Assembly: GCF_009914755.1 (NCBI RefSeq)
Contig: NC_060938.1
From: the human T2T-CHM13v2.0 reference genome, Homo sapiens
Strand: one strand, 5' to 3'
Length of the DNA stretch: 64,000 nucleotides
Made by a program: the position numbers and the translations under genes. Positions 48,111-62,114 of the stretch are shown one piece after another. The notes under the pieces were generated by a model that worked only from the letters and a program-made list of their open reading frames with translations, ran no database searches and had not been told where the DNA came from. How positions within the stretch are numbered: position 1 is the stretch's first letter; each line of letters begins with the position of its first letter.

Positions 48111-50189
48111 AAGAGACTCTGCAATTGGCTGGGATAGTGCTGGGCCTTGGCTGGAGAGTTGGGGAGGGTCTTTCATTTTACCACGTGAAAGACAGGAAAT
48201 TACCAAACATCCATGATGGGAGTAAAATCCCAGAAGAGCATCTTCACTTTATAATCTAGAAGGTAACTGAAATTATTGGCCAATTGTGTACAAAGTCACC
48301 TAGTAAGTCATGTAGACTGGTAGAAATTAGTCACTAGACCCTAGTGATTAATAAAATGAGCAACACTCAAAAATGAACTAAAAGGTCCCAAGTATTTTCT
48401 GGCATGGACTGACTAAATAGTTCCTGCAGGGATTCACCTTTCACAGAAATCTTTTGCTCATCCTTCAGCAAACAGGTTCAAAGTCACTTCTTCAATGAAG
48501 CCTTCCTTAAGTTCTCCAACATAGGTTACTGCCTATCTTCTACAGTGATGAAAAACGTCTTCTATGGTAATGAAAAACATGTAACATATTTGCAGATTTT
48601 CTGGCAGAAAAGTATCACAGCACAATGAAATCATTTAGGGACTGGTTTGTCTTCCCTCCTTGACTCTCCCAGTGGAAAGATGGAGGCCCTGCAGGACCCA
48701 GGACTTTGCCTGACACCAAGATGGTATTCAGTGAACATCTGTAAGCAGAACCATGGAAATTAAACAGCCTATGAATCATAAATATATTGAATATGAATCT
48801 TAAATCTGTAACGAGAAAAAAGTCATGATGTTAACAGAGAGCAAAAGTTTTATTTTGAAATATGCAATTTAGAAATAATAATGAAATTAAGAGTTATATT
48901 TTATTTTATTCAGCACAATAATAGCTCAGGCCAAGTACCAGGGTGGTGGCAGGGTTTGGGCTGTGTTGCAGAAATATCTGGGGTATGAGTTCTGCCCTGA
49001 GGGAGCTTCCCTCTAGAGACAAAGCAGCCCCTGAGAGTTACTTTTTCTGTTGTCATTGAGCAACCTGAAGGAAGAGGTGAATCTTAGAAATAGGAGGAGA
49101 GAAGACACAGGATTGAGCCTTTGGGCCACAGGAGTGGAAGTTTAAAGAATGAGTGGGATTTCTCTAGGTCATCAAACACTTGCAGTATATGCAAAAATGC
49201 TCCTGAAAGAAGAAATATGAACGAAGACCAGGAGGCATGAAGGAGGGTGGCAAGCTGAGGTCCATGAGTGCCAGGATGAGCTTTAGGCTCTGTGTGGAAG
49301 ACAGGATTCCAGCCATGGATTTTTCCCCCGTTCATCACAATTCAGTTGACCTTTCTGGGTGCAGATTCTTTATCTCTAAAATGACCGTGATGAAGTAGAT
49401 AAGGGAAGGGTCTCTTCCCAGCCAAGTGAGTCAGATTATCTATGGCTTGCTTTTCTTTGATGGCTTGAAAATGAAGTCTACTCATAACTGATTAATTCCC
49501 TTCAGAAATTAATTGAAAAGAGTTCTGATATTGGGATGAGGTCTACTTCTTAATTTCAACTTCTTCCTATACCTGGGGTCAATTCTGTTCAGCTTAACAA
49601 ACATTAATATGGTGATAACTAGGAGCCAAACATTGGGAAATCTGGACACATTTGAGAATAAAAGGTGGTACCACTCATAATTATGTTGTAAAAACAGGTT
49701 AAATTAAATGACTATACTAGGGAAACTAAGATGTGGGATCACCCTAGCCATATACCATATTAAGCACTTGAGAAATAGAGCGAGTAAGAGATTCAAGTTC
49801 TGCTCTCAGAGAGCCTATAGTATAGTTGGAGACACAGCCATATTTATTTACTCTCATATTTATTTGCTGAATTGTTTACTTATCTTCTCCAAGCCTCAGT
49901 TTCTGCATCTCTATGTTGGGCCTAATACTGGCATCACCCTTGTAGGATTGCCCTTGATGTTAATAGATACTTCTAAGGATGATATACACACAATCTTTTC
50001 ACAGTGGCTGGTACTGAATGAACATGCATTGGTTCACTGCCTGGAATGGTATTTGACATAAATAAAGTGTTCAATAAGTATTTATTGAAGGAATGAATAA
50101 ATTAACGTTGACCACTGTTATTGTTGAAATTGTTGTCCGTCATGGGTCCCGAGGTGATTTTATAATATAGTTTAATAAATATTATGATA

Positions 50190-50600
50190 TAAACAAGCAT
50201 AAGACCATCTATGCAGAAAAAAAATAGAGCACTGAAATCACCTCAAGAGAAAATAAAGAAACAACTTCTGGAGAAGAAGATACTTGAACTAGGGGTTAAA
50301 TCATGAATAGCGAAAACCAAAAGTTGGAGTGCGGAAGGCTGAGAGGAGGGTGAGTGTGCTCCAGGCAGAGATGACAGCACAGACAAAGGCACAGGACTGG
50401 GGCACAGCAGAGTATGTTTAGCAAACTACAAGTGTTTCTGGATCTTAAATGCAGGACGTGGGAAGCAGCTGTAAGTGCAAGGAGAGAGGAAGCCAGTCAT
50501 GACTTATTGTAGGCCATGCTAGGGTTAGACTTAACCTTGAACAGGTTGGGGAGCCATGGCAGAATTTTGAGCAGAGTAGTAACATGGCTTGACTTATGTC
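50190..50600 (-). mobile_element. L2 LINE fragment
   Basis: ccaggcagagatgacagcacagacaaaggcac...gtaggccatgct...ggggagccat...ttttgagcag. Confidence 0.65.
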
Positions 50601-52228
50601 TTAAGTCACCATCAATGTTCTTGTTTTTCTTCTATTATTAACATCCTGTCTTGCATTTGCAGACAATACCTTTCCTCCAGTAGATCTGGTCCGGTGGGTC
50701 TGTACTTGAGAGTAGCTAGACCTTCTCTAGCCAAGGTGTGGGTCTTAGCTAGATCTAAGCCAATCAGTCTTGTCCATGGATTTTGCATCTTAACTAGAGT
50801 GAAGTCTTTTTAAAGAAAATGGCTGGGACTGGTTGATCCTGGCAGAAGTGCTTGGAGACAGTCTGTGAGTTCCTGCTGCCCAGATCCCCAAGAGGGCCCA
50901 GTAATTTCCATCAAAGCTACAGTATCCCAGGTGCCTGCTGTCACACAGACCTGCTGGACTTACTGACAGTATTGCTGAGATCTGCTGTCAGCCCCAGTCT
51001 CCCACTTGCCTTCTAACCTTATGTTAGTGCTTCTTATTGGCAGAGCAGGGCTAAAGTCAAGTAACTAGAGACTGAGAAATGTAGTTTATAGGTTCAACCC
51101 TCTCTAACAAAGAAGAGGATATAGAAAGAAAAACATGAAACTGAGAGCCAGGATGCAAATCTATGGCACACTATTTTTTATGACTCTCTTTCCCACAGAG
51201 GTATTTTAATGCAGGTTTACACTAGAGGGCCTGTGATGTTAATCATATACTAAGGCAGATGAGGCCAAAGTCAATGAGGGCCAGATGGAATGATCAAAAC
51301 TGGTCAGGCAATTATCACTACAATGTAAATCCCCTGAGTGCAATGATTCTCTTTCTTATTCATTCCTCTAACCTGACTCCCAATCTCCTAAAATAAGTGT
51401 TCAATCAATATTTGTTGACTGTCTGGCTGACTAATGGGAAACTTCCATTCAATGATAGCTATAACTGAAAGTTGAAAAATCTTCTCACTGGCAATTTCAT
51501 ATGTGATCCAAAGACCTTTGCAAACTGCAAATGTTCTTCGATGGGTGGTCACAATGTTCTATAGGAGACCTCAAGTCTCATAAACCATGTGCTGTGTGGA
51601 TGCCATAAGCATTCATTAAGACTAGTTAAACTACTGAAACAAAAAGATCCCAACATATTTAAAGGCTCACCTATAATAATAAAATCCAAGATAGTTATAT
51701 TTGGCCATCAGGCAGTTTGTCTTCATGTTATGATGCAGGAACCCAATAACGTTCTATTTTGTGGCTCTGAACTCCCCTAATATCTTGCTTTCCTCAACTG
51801 CATTGAGCTGCGAGAACGGGAACAAGAATATGAAGTAGACCCACTGCTTCTTAGAAGACTTGGCAGAAGTGACACTAATCACTTGGGTCCATCCCATTGG
51901 CAAGAAGTAGCCCTGTGGCCAAGGAAACTTAAAAACATGGAAGAGCTGTGTGCAGTATGTGCAGAGGAAGAGAAGGAAGCTGATTTCTGGGGAAGACCTG
52001 TCTCTGCCCCGACAGTGTGCATGTGCATACATATGCATGTCTGTGTGTGGTATAAAATTTTTTCAACATAGATTTAATTCAATATTGCAAAAAGGGCGAA
52101 TACAGTTTAAAAATTACTTTGATGATAATTATTTAATTTACTCAAGTTTCACAAGATCTCATAGTTGCTGCTGCTTTTGTCTTTTTCTCTATTTATTTGT
52201 TTATTCCTGGAAGGGGAAGGAAAATATA

Positions 52229-52430
52229 TATTTGAGGATTTACTGTGTTCCTAAATTTTGCTTAGTAAGCCATACATATCATTTCATTGACTCTTCCCAA
52301 TAACTTCGTGAGTTAGATTCTGTCACTCTTCTTTCATAGATAAAAGCACTGAGGCTCACAAAAGTGAAGTAACTTTCCTCAAGTCCCAGGGCTGAGAAAT
52401 TGCAAACACATAATTTGGACTGAAGTTTGC
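52229..52430 (-). mobile_element. MIR SINE
   Basis: atagataaaagcactgaggctcacaaaagtgaagtaactttcctcaagtcccag. Confidence 0.75.
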
Positions 52431-53367
52431 CCCCTATTCACTGGGGCCACCTGTCTGCCAATGGGAGTAGGAAAGGCATTCACCATCAGAAGGCCACAAA
52501 GAGCTCTGAGGAACAAGTACACAAGGAGGTATTCCCACACATGGGTGGCACTGGTTTTCATATTAAATACTTAGGAGCATCTCCACTCTCACAAAGAAAT
52601 GTGTTCATTCACAGTTTCATAAAACATGGTATTTCTAGTTTATCTTTTATGTTTTCTACCATAGATAGCGACACAGCAGACAAAGGAAATTGTATTCTAT
52701 TGTAAGAAAACAAAAGAATAAACAAGGCCCTACTGAAGGGAGATGACAGGTGTTTAGGGTCGTGCCTGATGGCGAGTGAGCGTCCATGAGGTGTGAAGGA
52801 TTCTGCCCCTGACAGCTCCAGCCGCTGTGGCTACAAGCAGAAATGGAGCCCACTGTTGCCTCATTTTCCAACTTTTCAAGAGAAGCTGAGGCTGTAGATG
52901 TAAAATTCCCATTTGAAATATTAGATCAAATGAAAAAATAATAAGGTTGAACAAGTCATAGTCACAGGCTAAATTCAGCACCAGGGACAGCAGGGGTGTG
53001 ACCTCTGCTTTAGCTGATACTCTCAGGCTGCGGGTCCACAAGGCAGGAATTACTCACCCATCATCCCAGCCTCTCCTCTTTGTGTTACAGACAAAGCTGC
53101 AGCACTGCCAAGGACATGGATCTCTCAAGCTCCTGTCTGGCACATTGCAGGAAGTAAGGGGCATGTCTAACCACCACGCTCAGCCAAGCCAAAGAACAAA
53201 GGCAGCGGCACTCTCTCTGGACCTTGGGGAATAACACAGCCCTCCCAGGCAGAAGATGCAAGCATTCCTGTTGCAGTGCAATTAGGAGCAGCGAAGAAAC
53301 TCAGACATGTGCCCCTTCTGTGTTGGCAACTGATATGACAGAACTTCATGAGGTGCAAAATACAGGC

Positions 53368-53393
53368 TGTGTGTGTGTGTGTGTGTGTGTGTG
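53368..53393. repeat. (TG)13 microsatellite
   Basis: Perfect run. Confidence 0.95.
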
Positions 53394-54255
53394 CACACTC
53401 GGTGCTATATGCTGCAGCCCAAGTTTCAGAGTGATTTTTAACTTGAAGCTGATGAGATGGGATATTGTGTCTTTTTTAAAAATGTAACCAACAACAAACT
53501 TTGCTTGGTGTAATTTTAGCAAGGACGCAAGTGTGCCAAGGTGCAGTATGTTATTGTTGAACTACTGTTTTGACAAAATAGTATGTATGTGTGGTTGTGT
53601 CTGTGAGTATAAAGGAGGCAAGCAAAAAGAGAAAAAATGATATGTACTTTTTAGGGAAGTGAATGCAATAACAGAGAGACAAGAAATTTAGATTAGAAAG
53701 CTGTTAAGTTTCACTGTTGTCACAGGTCTTCTTGGAAGCTGTTTGTCTGTAAAGAGGCACCCAAATACTCAGCTAATTCTTAAAACATTTTTTCTAGCAA
53801 GTATCTCTGGAGCTTACCCTGTGCTAGGCACAGTAGTAGCCCAGGCCACTCCAAGATGCACAGGACATATTTCTGCTGCCCCATGGTCCACTGGGGACAA
53901 TTATATAGATCTGCACAGAACTGCCCCATCATTCCATAAGTCACCAGAGTGGACAATATTTTATTGCTATAATTAATGCAAAGCTCTGCTGGTAGTGACT
54001 GTCATATAGCAGCATCCCCAATAAATTAATAGGCACAGGGTAAGGTGTTTTGCACTAGTGTTTCTTATTCTCATAACAATATCAGATGAGATCACATTAT
54101 AAAGGAGGCAAAACAGAGGAAGGCAATACTGCAGAGTGATTAATAGATCAAGGCCTGGTTCAGCCTCTTACTAGTTGAATGACCTTGGTCACTTTACTTA
54201 ATTGTATTATTCCCCACTGTGCTTGTCTATGATTTATGGATTATAATAATGCTAT

Positions 54256-54720
54256 TGTATTCGTTAGTTTTGGTGCATAACCAACCATCACAAAATCCAG
54301 CAGTTTAGGCCACAGCCACTTATTATCATGCATGCATCTGTGATTCAGCTGGGGCATGTCTGATCTAGGCTGGACTCTGCTGAGGGTTCTGATTCCAGGG
54401 GCAGCTGCCTTGGGTCTTATTCTCACTGCAGGTCTCTGAATCGGGTGGGTGGCTCTGCTCCACGTGTTCTGTGTTTTTGTGGGGCAAGTGGGCTTGCTAA
54501 GGCATATTCTACCTATGGCAATGGCAGAAATGCAAGAGAGCAGGCTCCATCTCAAAAGTGCTTTTGAAGTCTCTGATGACATTACAATAGTGGTGGCCCA
54601 TTGGTCAAACTGAGTCACATGACCAAACTTAGAGTCATTTAGTGGAGAAGTAGACTCTGCTTCCTAGACACAAAGTGGGGGAAAGAGTATATATTTCTGA
54701 GCAATAATATAATCTACTAA
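54256..54720 (-). mobile_element. MLT1 (H/I-like) MaLR solo LTR inserted in a MIR
   Basis: tgtattcgttag...gcataaccaaccatcacaaaat...atggcagaaatgcaagagagc...ccattggtcaaa..gagtcacatgacc; perfect TSD GCTAT. Confidence 0.85.
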
Positions 54721-55854
54721 GCTATCTTTCCCCCAGAGTTGTTTTGAGAATTGCATCTAAAGAATGATATAAGGTACTTAATAAAAGGTTAGGACACAGT
54801 GAGGGATCAATGAAGCAAGATAATTTGTTATTAGTAAGAATTCTCTTTACGTGATGGATGATCCAATTGAGGTAGACGTTAAGTAACTTGTCTAGGATTA
54901 CACAGTGTCAAGTGAAGAAACATGATTTGAAATCATATTGTCCAAATTCCATTCATTTTGATAGAAACCTATGGACCGTTGGGCACTGGAGGATAGATTC
55001 TAAAGATCCAATAAAGGCAGGGTACGCATTCTAAATATACAAGCTGGCCCTATTTAGGAAGGCAGATTACTGTCTTGAATGTTGAGAGAGCAAACCTAGG
55101 TGAGCAAAGACCAAATCTAAGTCCTGGGAGCTAGAGTAAGAAAATAAATCACTATGACAACTATGCATTGAGACCCCTGTGTACCAAGTCCAGGGTGAGG
55201 AGACCAGGGGCCTGGGCCCTCCGGTGAGAGCTAATGATTGTTCCTTTGCTGTGCCTGCTTAAAGGCTCTACAGCCTGACCCCACACACTGGCCCTGGGGA
55301 GCGTGTGCCGGCGGCTGGAGCTCTCCCTTCTCTTTTCAGCCAGTCAGTGGGAAGAAAGAGATTTCCTCTAGAACCTTTCATTTGCTAACATTTATTTTCC
55401 TCCTCTGATCTTTCTTTTCCTCCCCTGAGGACCTTGAGTTTATAAGTATTAAATTTTTTAGAACTCTCTGAAAGTACTACATTAAATGCAGACAAGGCTG
55501 ACGGGTTCCCTGGGCATTTGGTGCTAATTTCTAGCATGCCCCTTGTATATTGGCTTAAGTCACTTGCTTATATGTTGCAGTCTACTTCCTGCCCTCTCTT
55601 CACTCTGTGCCCTCAATCCCTAGATGGCAAACCCATTGTAACGTTGTACCCAGCACATGCTTTAACCAGGTCACCCATTCAAAAATGGGTGAGTGAATGA
55701 ATGATGGATGAAAAAATGTGGTGAATAAATAAATGAGTCAACCAATTATACATAAATGGATATATGGGTGAATGAAGAAGTAGATGGGTCAACGGGTGGG
55801 TGCCAGAAGGTGAGGGGGAACATAAAAGAGTAGGTGACCTTTAAGCCCCAATTA

Positions 55855-56231
55855 CAATTAGTCTTTGTCAACAACTTTTCTTCTGTTCTCACACTACTAA
55901 TAAAGATATATTTGAGACTGGGTAATTTATAAAGGAAAAAGGTTTAATGGACTCATAGTTCTACATGGCTGGGAAGGACTCACAGTCATGGCAGAAGGCA
56001 AAGGAGAAACAAAGTCATGTCTTACATGGTGGAGGCAAGAGGGCAGGTGCAGGGGAACTTCCCTTTATAAAACCATCAGATCTCGTGAGACTTATTTACT
56101 ATCATGAGAACAGCATGGAAAAAACCTGCCCCCATGACTCAATTACCTCCAACCAGGTCTCTCCCATGACACTTGGGAATTATGGGAGCTAAAATTCGAG
56201 ATTCAGGTGGGGACACAGCCAAACCATATCA
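55855..56231 (-). mobile_element. THE1 (B/C-like) MaLR solo LTR
   Basis: gagactgggtaatttataaagg...aaaccatcagatctcgtgagacttatttacta...ggggacacagccaaaccatatca; left terminus degraded. Confidence 0.9.
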
Positions 56232-57959
56232 ACTAGCAAGCACATCTTGGTCAAGAAGATCTATTAATTACATTTATTGCATCAACTTTAACTCAGAACC
56301 TGTAGGAAGGAGGGGTCTTGCATTTGTGTCAGTAGGGCTGTCTTGGTAGTACAGTTTTGAGGGAGATTATAAAATTTGAGACAAACTCCTGGCTTCTGAT
56401 AGACACTTGGGTAAATTACTAATACAGCAGGGCAGAGAATTCAAGCATGGTATCTGAACTCATTCAGCTACAGTCTCTTGTTTATCTGTCAGGAAAGCAA
56501 ATGGAACCTGCGATCTGTGTATTTAGGGGTGTTCTTGAGGGAGATGTTATTGAGGGGGCGGGGCATAAATTGCCATGCAATTCTAATGGAACCTTTCAGA
56601 CCACTCTGCACTTCTGAGTTGACAGTGACCTCCTATGGCAAGGCAGGACATGGCACTGATACACAGGGAACCCTGGATGGTGACTCCTGGGAGGCACTCA
56701 ACATGAACTTACCCACTCTCTAGATTGGCTGCCACCTGAATGATCTCTTTCTCCTCTTACTTCCAGTGGAACTCTTTCTTGTAGCTCTCTTTTGATTCTA
56801 AGCTGCCTTAGACTCTCACTGACCTTAGACTCTCATTGACCTTGTTGTAGGCTACAGACAACTGGAGAGTAATCTCTGTGTTAACTCATCTCTAGCTGAC
56901 CAGAAGGTGCTATTTTAGCTGACTGTGGGATAATGGTGACAAGATGTCATTTCCAACTATGCTGATTCTTCTGAGCGTGCAGGAGCACCTTTGTTGGAAA
57001 AAGTGATGGGAGATTAGAGAGAGGAGAAACCACTAGAGTAGACTCTGGAGTGGCCGTGGAGTCACATCTTAGAAGTGATGGCATCAGAGCTGGGCTGTTA
57101 TAAGTAAAAACAACTTCAGAGTGCAGGGACGGAGAGAGAAGGGGTTTATGGCAGAGGGTGGGAACCCACAAGCAACATGTAAACTGAAAGGAACCAGATG
57201 CTTAGGGTATGAGATCTTGAGAAGGCTGACATGGTTAAATCAGTTCACTCCCTGGGCATGAATGAAAAGTCCAAAAATTATTTACAAAAGCATCCACTTG
57301 CATTTCATTCCCAAGTGGTCTTTTAAATGCCCAACAGGATTTGGTAGGTTTGGTGAACCCAGCCAAGCTCCATCAAGCAGTAAAAGACTCGAGTGTCGTA
57401 TAACACAGCCTAGTGGAGTCTACTCCACAGTTCTGCTCATGGCCACTGACATGTCCTCACCCTGCAACTTCATTCACCAATTCCTTGTTTCTAGGTGTTC
57501 CAACCTTATATAGGAATATCTTCATCATGTTCTGCTTCTCATTTCCATCTCTGTAGTTGAATGTGGTCTTCTCTTCCTGGGGGATGAAGGATTAACTGTA
57601 CACATTTACTTTCTTGAGGGCCTTTTAACTAGTTGCCTGGCTTAGTCTATCTTTTTAATGCCTCTGATTACTGGGGTAGGGGATAGGAATTTTGGTCATA
57701 AGATGTTCTAAGGACATACTTCTATCTGCATAAAGTATTTCTAACATGTAGAGCTTAAATAAATATCCTTCTTCTAAGTCCTCATGTCCTCATGTCTACA
57801 CTGACTATCGATATAAGACAGCCATGGGAAATATGACTAGAAAGGCAAGTAGAGGCCATTACTCAATTGCTAATGATGGAAACACACAAACTTGTCTGAG
57901 ATCTGGACTCAGTAAATAGCATATAACATGGCATTCTAGATGATTTTCTTCAAATGATA

Positions 57960-58400
57960 GTCTGAGCATTTTCACATGGCATCATGAATTCTCAAAGTCA
58001 TAACATAGCCCTGACTTTGAGCTTCATCTTCTATCTCTCTTCACTATTTCATTCTCACTTGAGCCACATGAAGATATTTATCATTCCTTGAACATGCTGA
58101 GAACTTGCAGAATTTGAGACTTTGTGATGTTCTTCTTGTAGCTTCATGTGCCCTTATTCACCATCCCCATCTGGCAAATCCATTAGACCAAGGTCCAAAA
58201 GCTCATCTTAATATTTACGCTCACTTTTAATATTTGGGACATGACAATGAGAGTACTTTATTGTATGATATATGCCTGCCTTACTCACCAGTTTGTGAGT
58301 AGCTTGAGAGCCAGAACCCATTGTCATGTTTGCCACCTTGCAGGTCCTCAGTAAATGTTTACTGGAGGAAAGAATGAATGAGTGTATGAATCAATGAATG
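57960..58400 (+). mobile_element. L2 LINE 3' portion with (TGAA)n tail
   Basis: cattccttgaacatgc...caggtcctcagtaaatgtttactg...gaatgaatgagtg. Confidence 0.6.
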
Positions 58401-59859
58401 CCTAAGTGAGGCAGTCAACTAATGAATGAAATGAGTAGACGAAAAAGTAAATAAATATGGAACAAATGAATGAATCAACACATGAGAAGTTGAGCACAGC
58501 AATCAAGAAAACAAGTGAATACGTGAATCAGTTAGTGAGAGCGGGTGAATATATTTAGGATGGATGGGAGAGCCTCCTGGATACTCCAGAGAGGTTGGAG
58601 AATTCCTTTTTACATATAATGAAATATGGGACTGAATCAGGCTATCCTTGTGTGACTATCCCAACTGGTTCCTTCCTCCCTCATCAAATGACTGAGCCAA
58701 ATATAAAAACCAGAATGCCATGCTGACTAAGGTGAGTGATTTGGAGTAATAATAAAAATGTGTTGTAAAAAATTGTTCCTATTAGATGGAGGTATGAATG
58801 ATGTTAATTTTTCACCTTCCAGTATGCTTCTCACAGGAGCTCATCAAAAAAGCCACCCCAGATTCACCAATTTTCTCCTAAGAAGACAAAAAGATCTGGA
58901 AAGTAGCTCCCAGCTTGGGAGCTAGGATCTAAGAGGTACCTTAAAGATTTTTGTGATGGTGACACCGGGACTGCACTTCTGGTTTTGTGAGAAGCTTTGG
59001 ACAGTGTCTATCAAATGGGAAGAATTTTACAATGAGTTTGGAATCATCCTGACTGCACCTGCATCCCCATCCCCAGCCCCTATCAAGGAAGCCAACACTT
59101 ACTTTCAAGTATGAGAGACCCTGCTGGATGCTTAGCTTTAGGAAAGTGGAATCATGGACAGACATCAAGACTTATAAATACCAGGACATAATCCACACAG
59201 AAATCAGGAATTAGTTGAAAAAAAAAAATCTAGGTACCTGCATATTTGGAGAGAGTGCTAGCGGGGAAAAACCCAAAACCTTGCAAATTTTTAAGAAGGA
59301 GGCTGACTTTGCTGCCCCTCCCCTCCTCACACTGCAATGTGGGCTCTAAGCCAAAATTCTCACTTCTAGAGAATATTTTTTCTTTCTCTCTCTTTTTTTT
59401 TCAAATATGCATTTCTTAATTTTGGGGGGACCCAAATAGACTTTGCTAACTTAGGTTCCTTCAGACCTATCAAGCCCTAGTGTAATATGACTGGATAACT
59501 CCAAAGCATTTTCACAAATTGTAAGTGGAGTCAGAATGTGGAGAAAATCCCCTATAAAGCACTGACCCAGTGTAGGTTATGGTGCAATCTAGACAGGCCA
59601 TGGGTGGCAACTACAGTAGATCATTGGGTATAAAAAAGAGAGGAGGGACCATTTTTGACACCACGGAACCAATATTTAGTTTAGATTTTTATTTTTTATT
59701 TTTTTATTTTTGGCTTTTGGCTGCTAGGGCTGCTGGGGAGCTGTTAGCTGTTAGAGACTTTGAGCAAGTACAAGATATTGGTGCCATGTTGTTTTATAAA
59801 TGCAGCAGGCATAAAAGGAGGAATCATTTTAAGTATTTGGAATTTTTCACATAGCCACC

Positions 59860-62114
59860 TGTATTAGTCCTTGTGTATTATTAAAAAGGAATACCTGAGG
59901 CTGGGTAACTGATAAAGAAATGAGGTTTAATTGGCTCATGGTTCTACAGGCTATATAAGCATGGCACCAGCATCTGCTCAGCTTCTGGTGAGGCCTCAGG
60001 AAGCTTTTAGTAATGGCAGAAGGTGAAGGGGGAGACCGCGCATCATATGGTGAGACAGGAAGCAGTAGAAAGGGGAAGGGGAGGTTCTAGACTTTTACAC
60101 AACCAGACTTCACATGAACTGAGTAAGAAGTCACTCATCACCAAGGGGATGGCACCAAGTCATTCATGAAGGATCTGCTCCTATGACCCAAACACCTCCC
60201 ACCAGGCTCCACCTCTAACATTGGGGATTATAACTCAACATGAAATTTAGAGGAGAAAACATGCAAACTATATCAATCAAACCCTGGCACCACCCCAAAT
60301 CTCATGTTCTTCTCATACTGCAAAATACAATCAAAATCTTCTCACATTGCAAAATACCCTCCCAATAGTCCCACGAAGTTTTAATTCATTCCAGTGTCTA
60401 GTCCAAAGTCCTGATTCTCATCCGAGACTCATCTTGTTCCACTATGAGCCTATAAAATCAAAACAAGTTATTTACTCCCAAGGTAAAATGGTAGTACAAG
60501 TATTGGGTAAACATTCCTGTTGAAAAAGGTAGAAATTGGCCATCAGAAAGAAATAACAGGCCCTACACAAGTCCTAAGCCCAGCAAGGCAGTCATTGAAT
60601 CTTAAAGCTACAAAGTATTCTCCTTTGATTCTTTGTCTGGCATCCAGGGAACACGCGTGCAAGGGAAACTCTGCCTCTGTGGCTTTTCACGTTGCAGCCC
60701 CTCTAGCTTCTCTTACGGGTTGGAGTTGAGTGCCTGCAGCTTTTTCAGGCAGAAGATTCAAGCTTCCAGTGAATCTAACATTCTGGGGTCTGGAGGGCAG
60801 TGGTCCCCTTCTCATGGCTCTGCTCCTGCAACAGACTTCTGTCTGGGCACCTGCAAGCTTACCACAGCATGGAAACCACCAGAGCTTATGGCTTGTGCCC
60901 TCGAGTGGTGGCCCAAGCTGTACCTGGAGCCCTTTGAGCTGAGGCTATAGCTGAAGCACCTAACATGCAGGGAGAAGTATTCTGAGGTTAAGCAGGGCAG
61001 CAGGTCTGGCTCCTGAAACCATTATTTCCTCTTAGGCTTCTAGGTCTGTGATAGGAGGGGCCACCTAGAAGATCTCTGAAATGCCTTTGAGACCTTTTCT
61101 CATTGTCTTGATATTAGCACTGGCTCTCTTTTAGTTATGTGAATCTCCTTAGCCAGTGGTTGTTTCACCGCCTACTTGCATTTTTTCTCTACCACAAGGC
61201 TGGGCTGCAAACTTTCCAAACTTTTACACTCTGCTTCCCTTTTAAATATAAGTTCCAACTTCAAGTCATTTCTCTGTTTCTGTATCTAACTGCAGGCTGT
61301 TAGAAGCAGCTAGTTTACATCTTGAATGCTTTGCTGCTTAGAAATTTCTTCTGCCAGATACCCTGTTATCATTCTTAAGTTCAAACTTTCACTTCACAGA
61401 CCCTGAGACCATGGATATAATTCATCCAAGCTCTTTGCTACGGTGAAACACGGGTGACTTTTACTCCAATTCCCAATAATTTTCTCATTTTCATTTGAAA
61501 GCCCATCAACCTGGCCTTCACTGTCCATATCTCTACCAGCATTTTGGCCATAACCACTTAACAAGTCTCTAAGAAGTTCTGAATGTCCTCTCATCTTCTG
61601 AGCCCCTCAAACTCTGTCCATTACTCAGTTTCAAAGCTGCTATTATATCTTCAGGTATCTTTATGGCAATACCCCCTCCTCAGTACCAATTTTCTGTGTT
61701 AGGCCACTCTTGTGTTGCTATAAAAAATGCCTGACTGGGTGATTTATAAAGAATAGAGGTTTAATTGGCTCACATGTCTACAGGCTGTACAAGCATGGCA
61801 GCAACATCTGCTCAGCTTCTGGTGAGAGTCTTAGGAAGCTTACAATCATGGCAGAAGCAAAAGGGGAAGACTGCATATCAAATAGTAAGAGAGTGAGCAA
61901 GAGAGAGGAGTAGGGGAGGTTCCTAACTTCTAAACATCAAAATCTCACATGAATTAACTGAACCAGAACACATTTATCACTGATGGGTTTGTGCTAAACC
62001 ATTCATGAAGGATTCGCTCCCACGAACAAATTACCTCCCACCAGACCCCACTTCCAACATTAGGAATCACACTTCAATATACGATTTGGAGGGGAAAACA
62101 TTCAAACTATATCA
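59860..62114 (-). mobile_element. Complete MST (MSTA/B-like) MaLR element: 3' LTR 59860-60275, internal 60276-61694, 5' LTR 61695-62114
   Basis: Two homologous ~420-bp LTRs in the same orientation, each ending aaactatatca; internal starts GAAAATTGGTACTG on the minus strand; TSD ccacc/ccagc. Confidence 0.92.

Noticed and set aside
60520-61594. Short ORFs inside the MST internal region
   Set aside because: Fragmented remains of the non-autonomous MaLR internal ORF; no intact frame.
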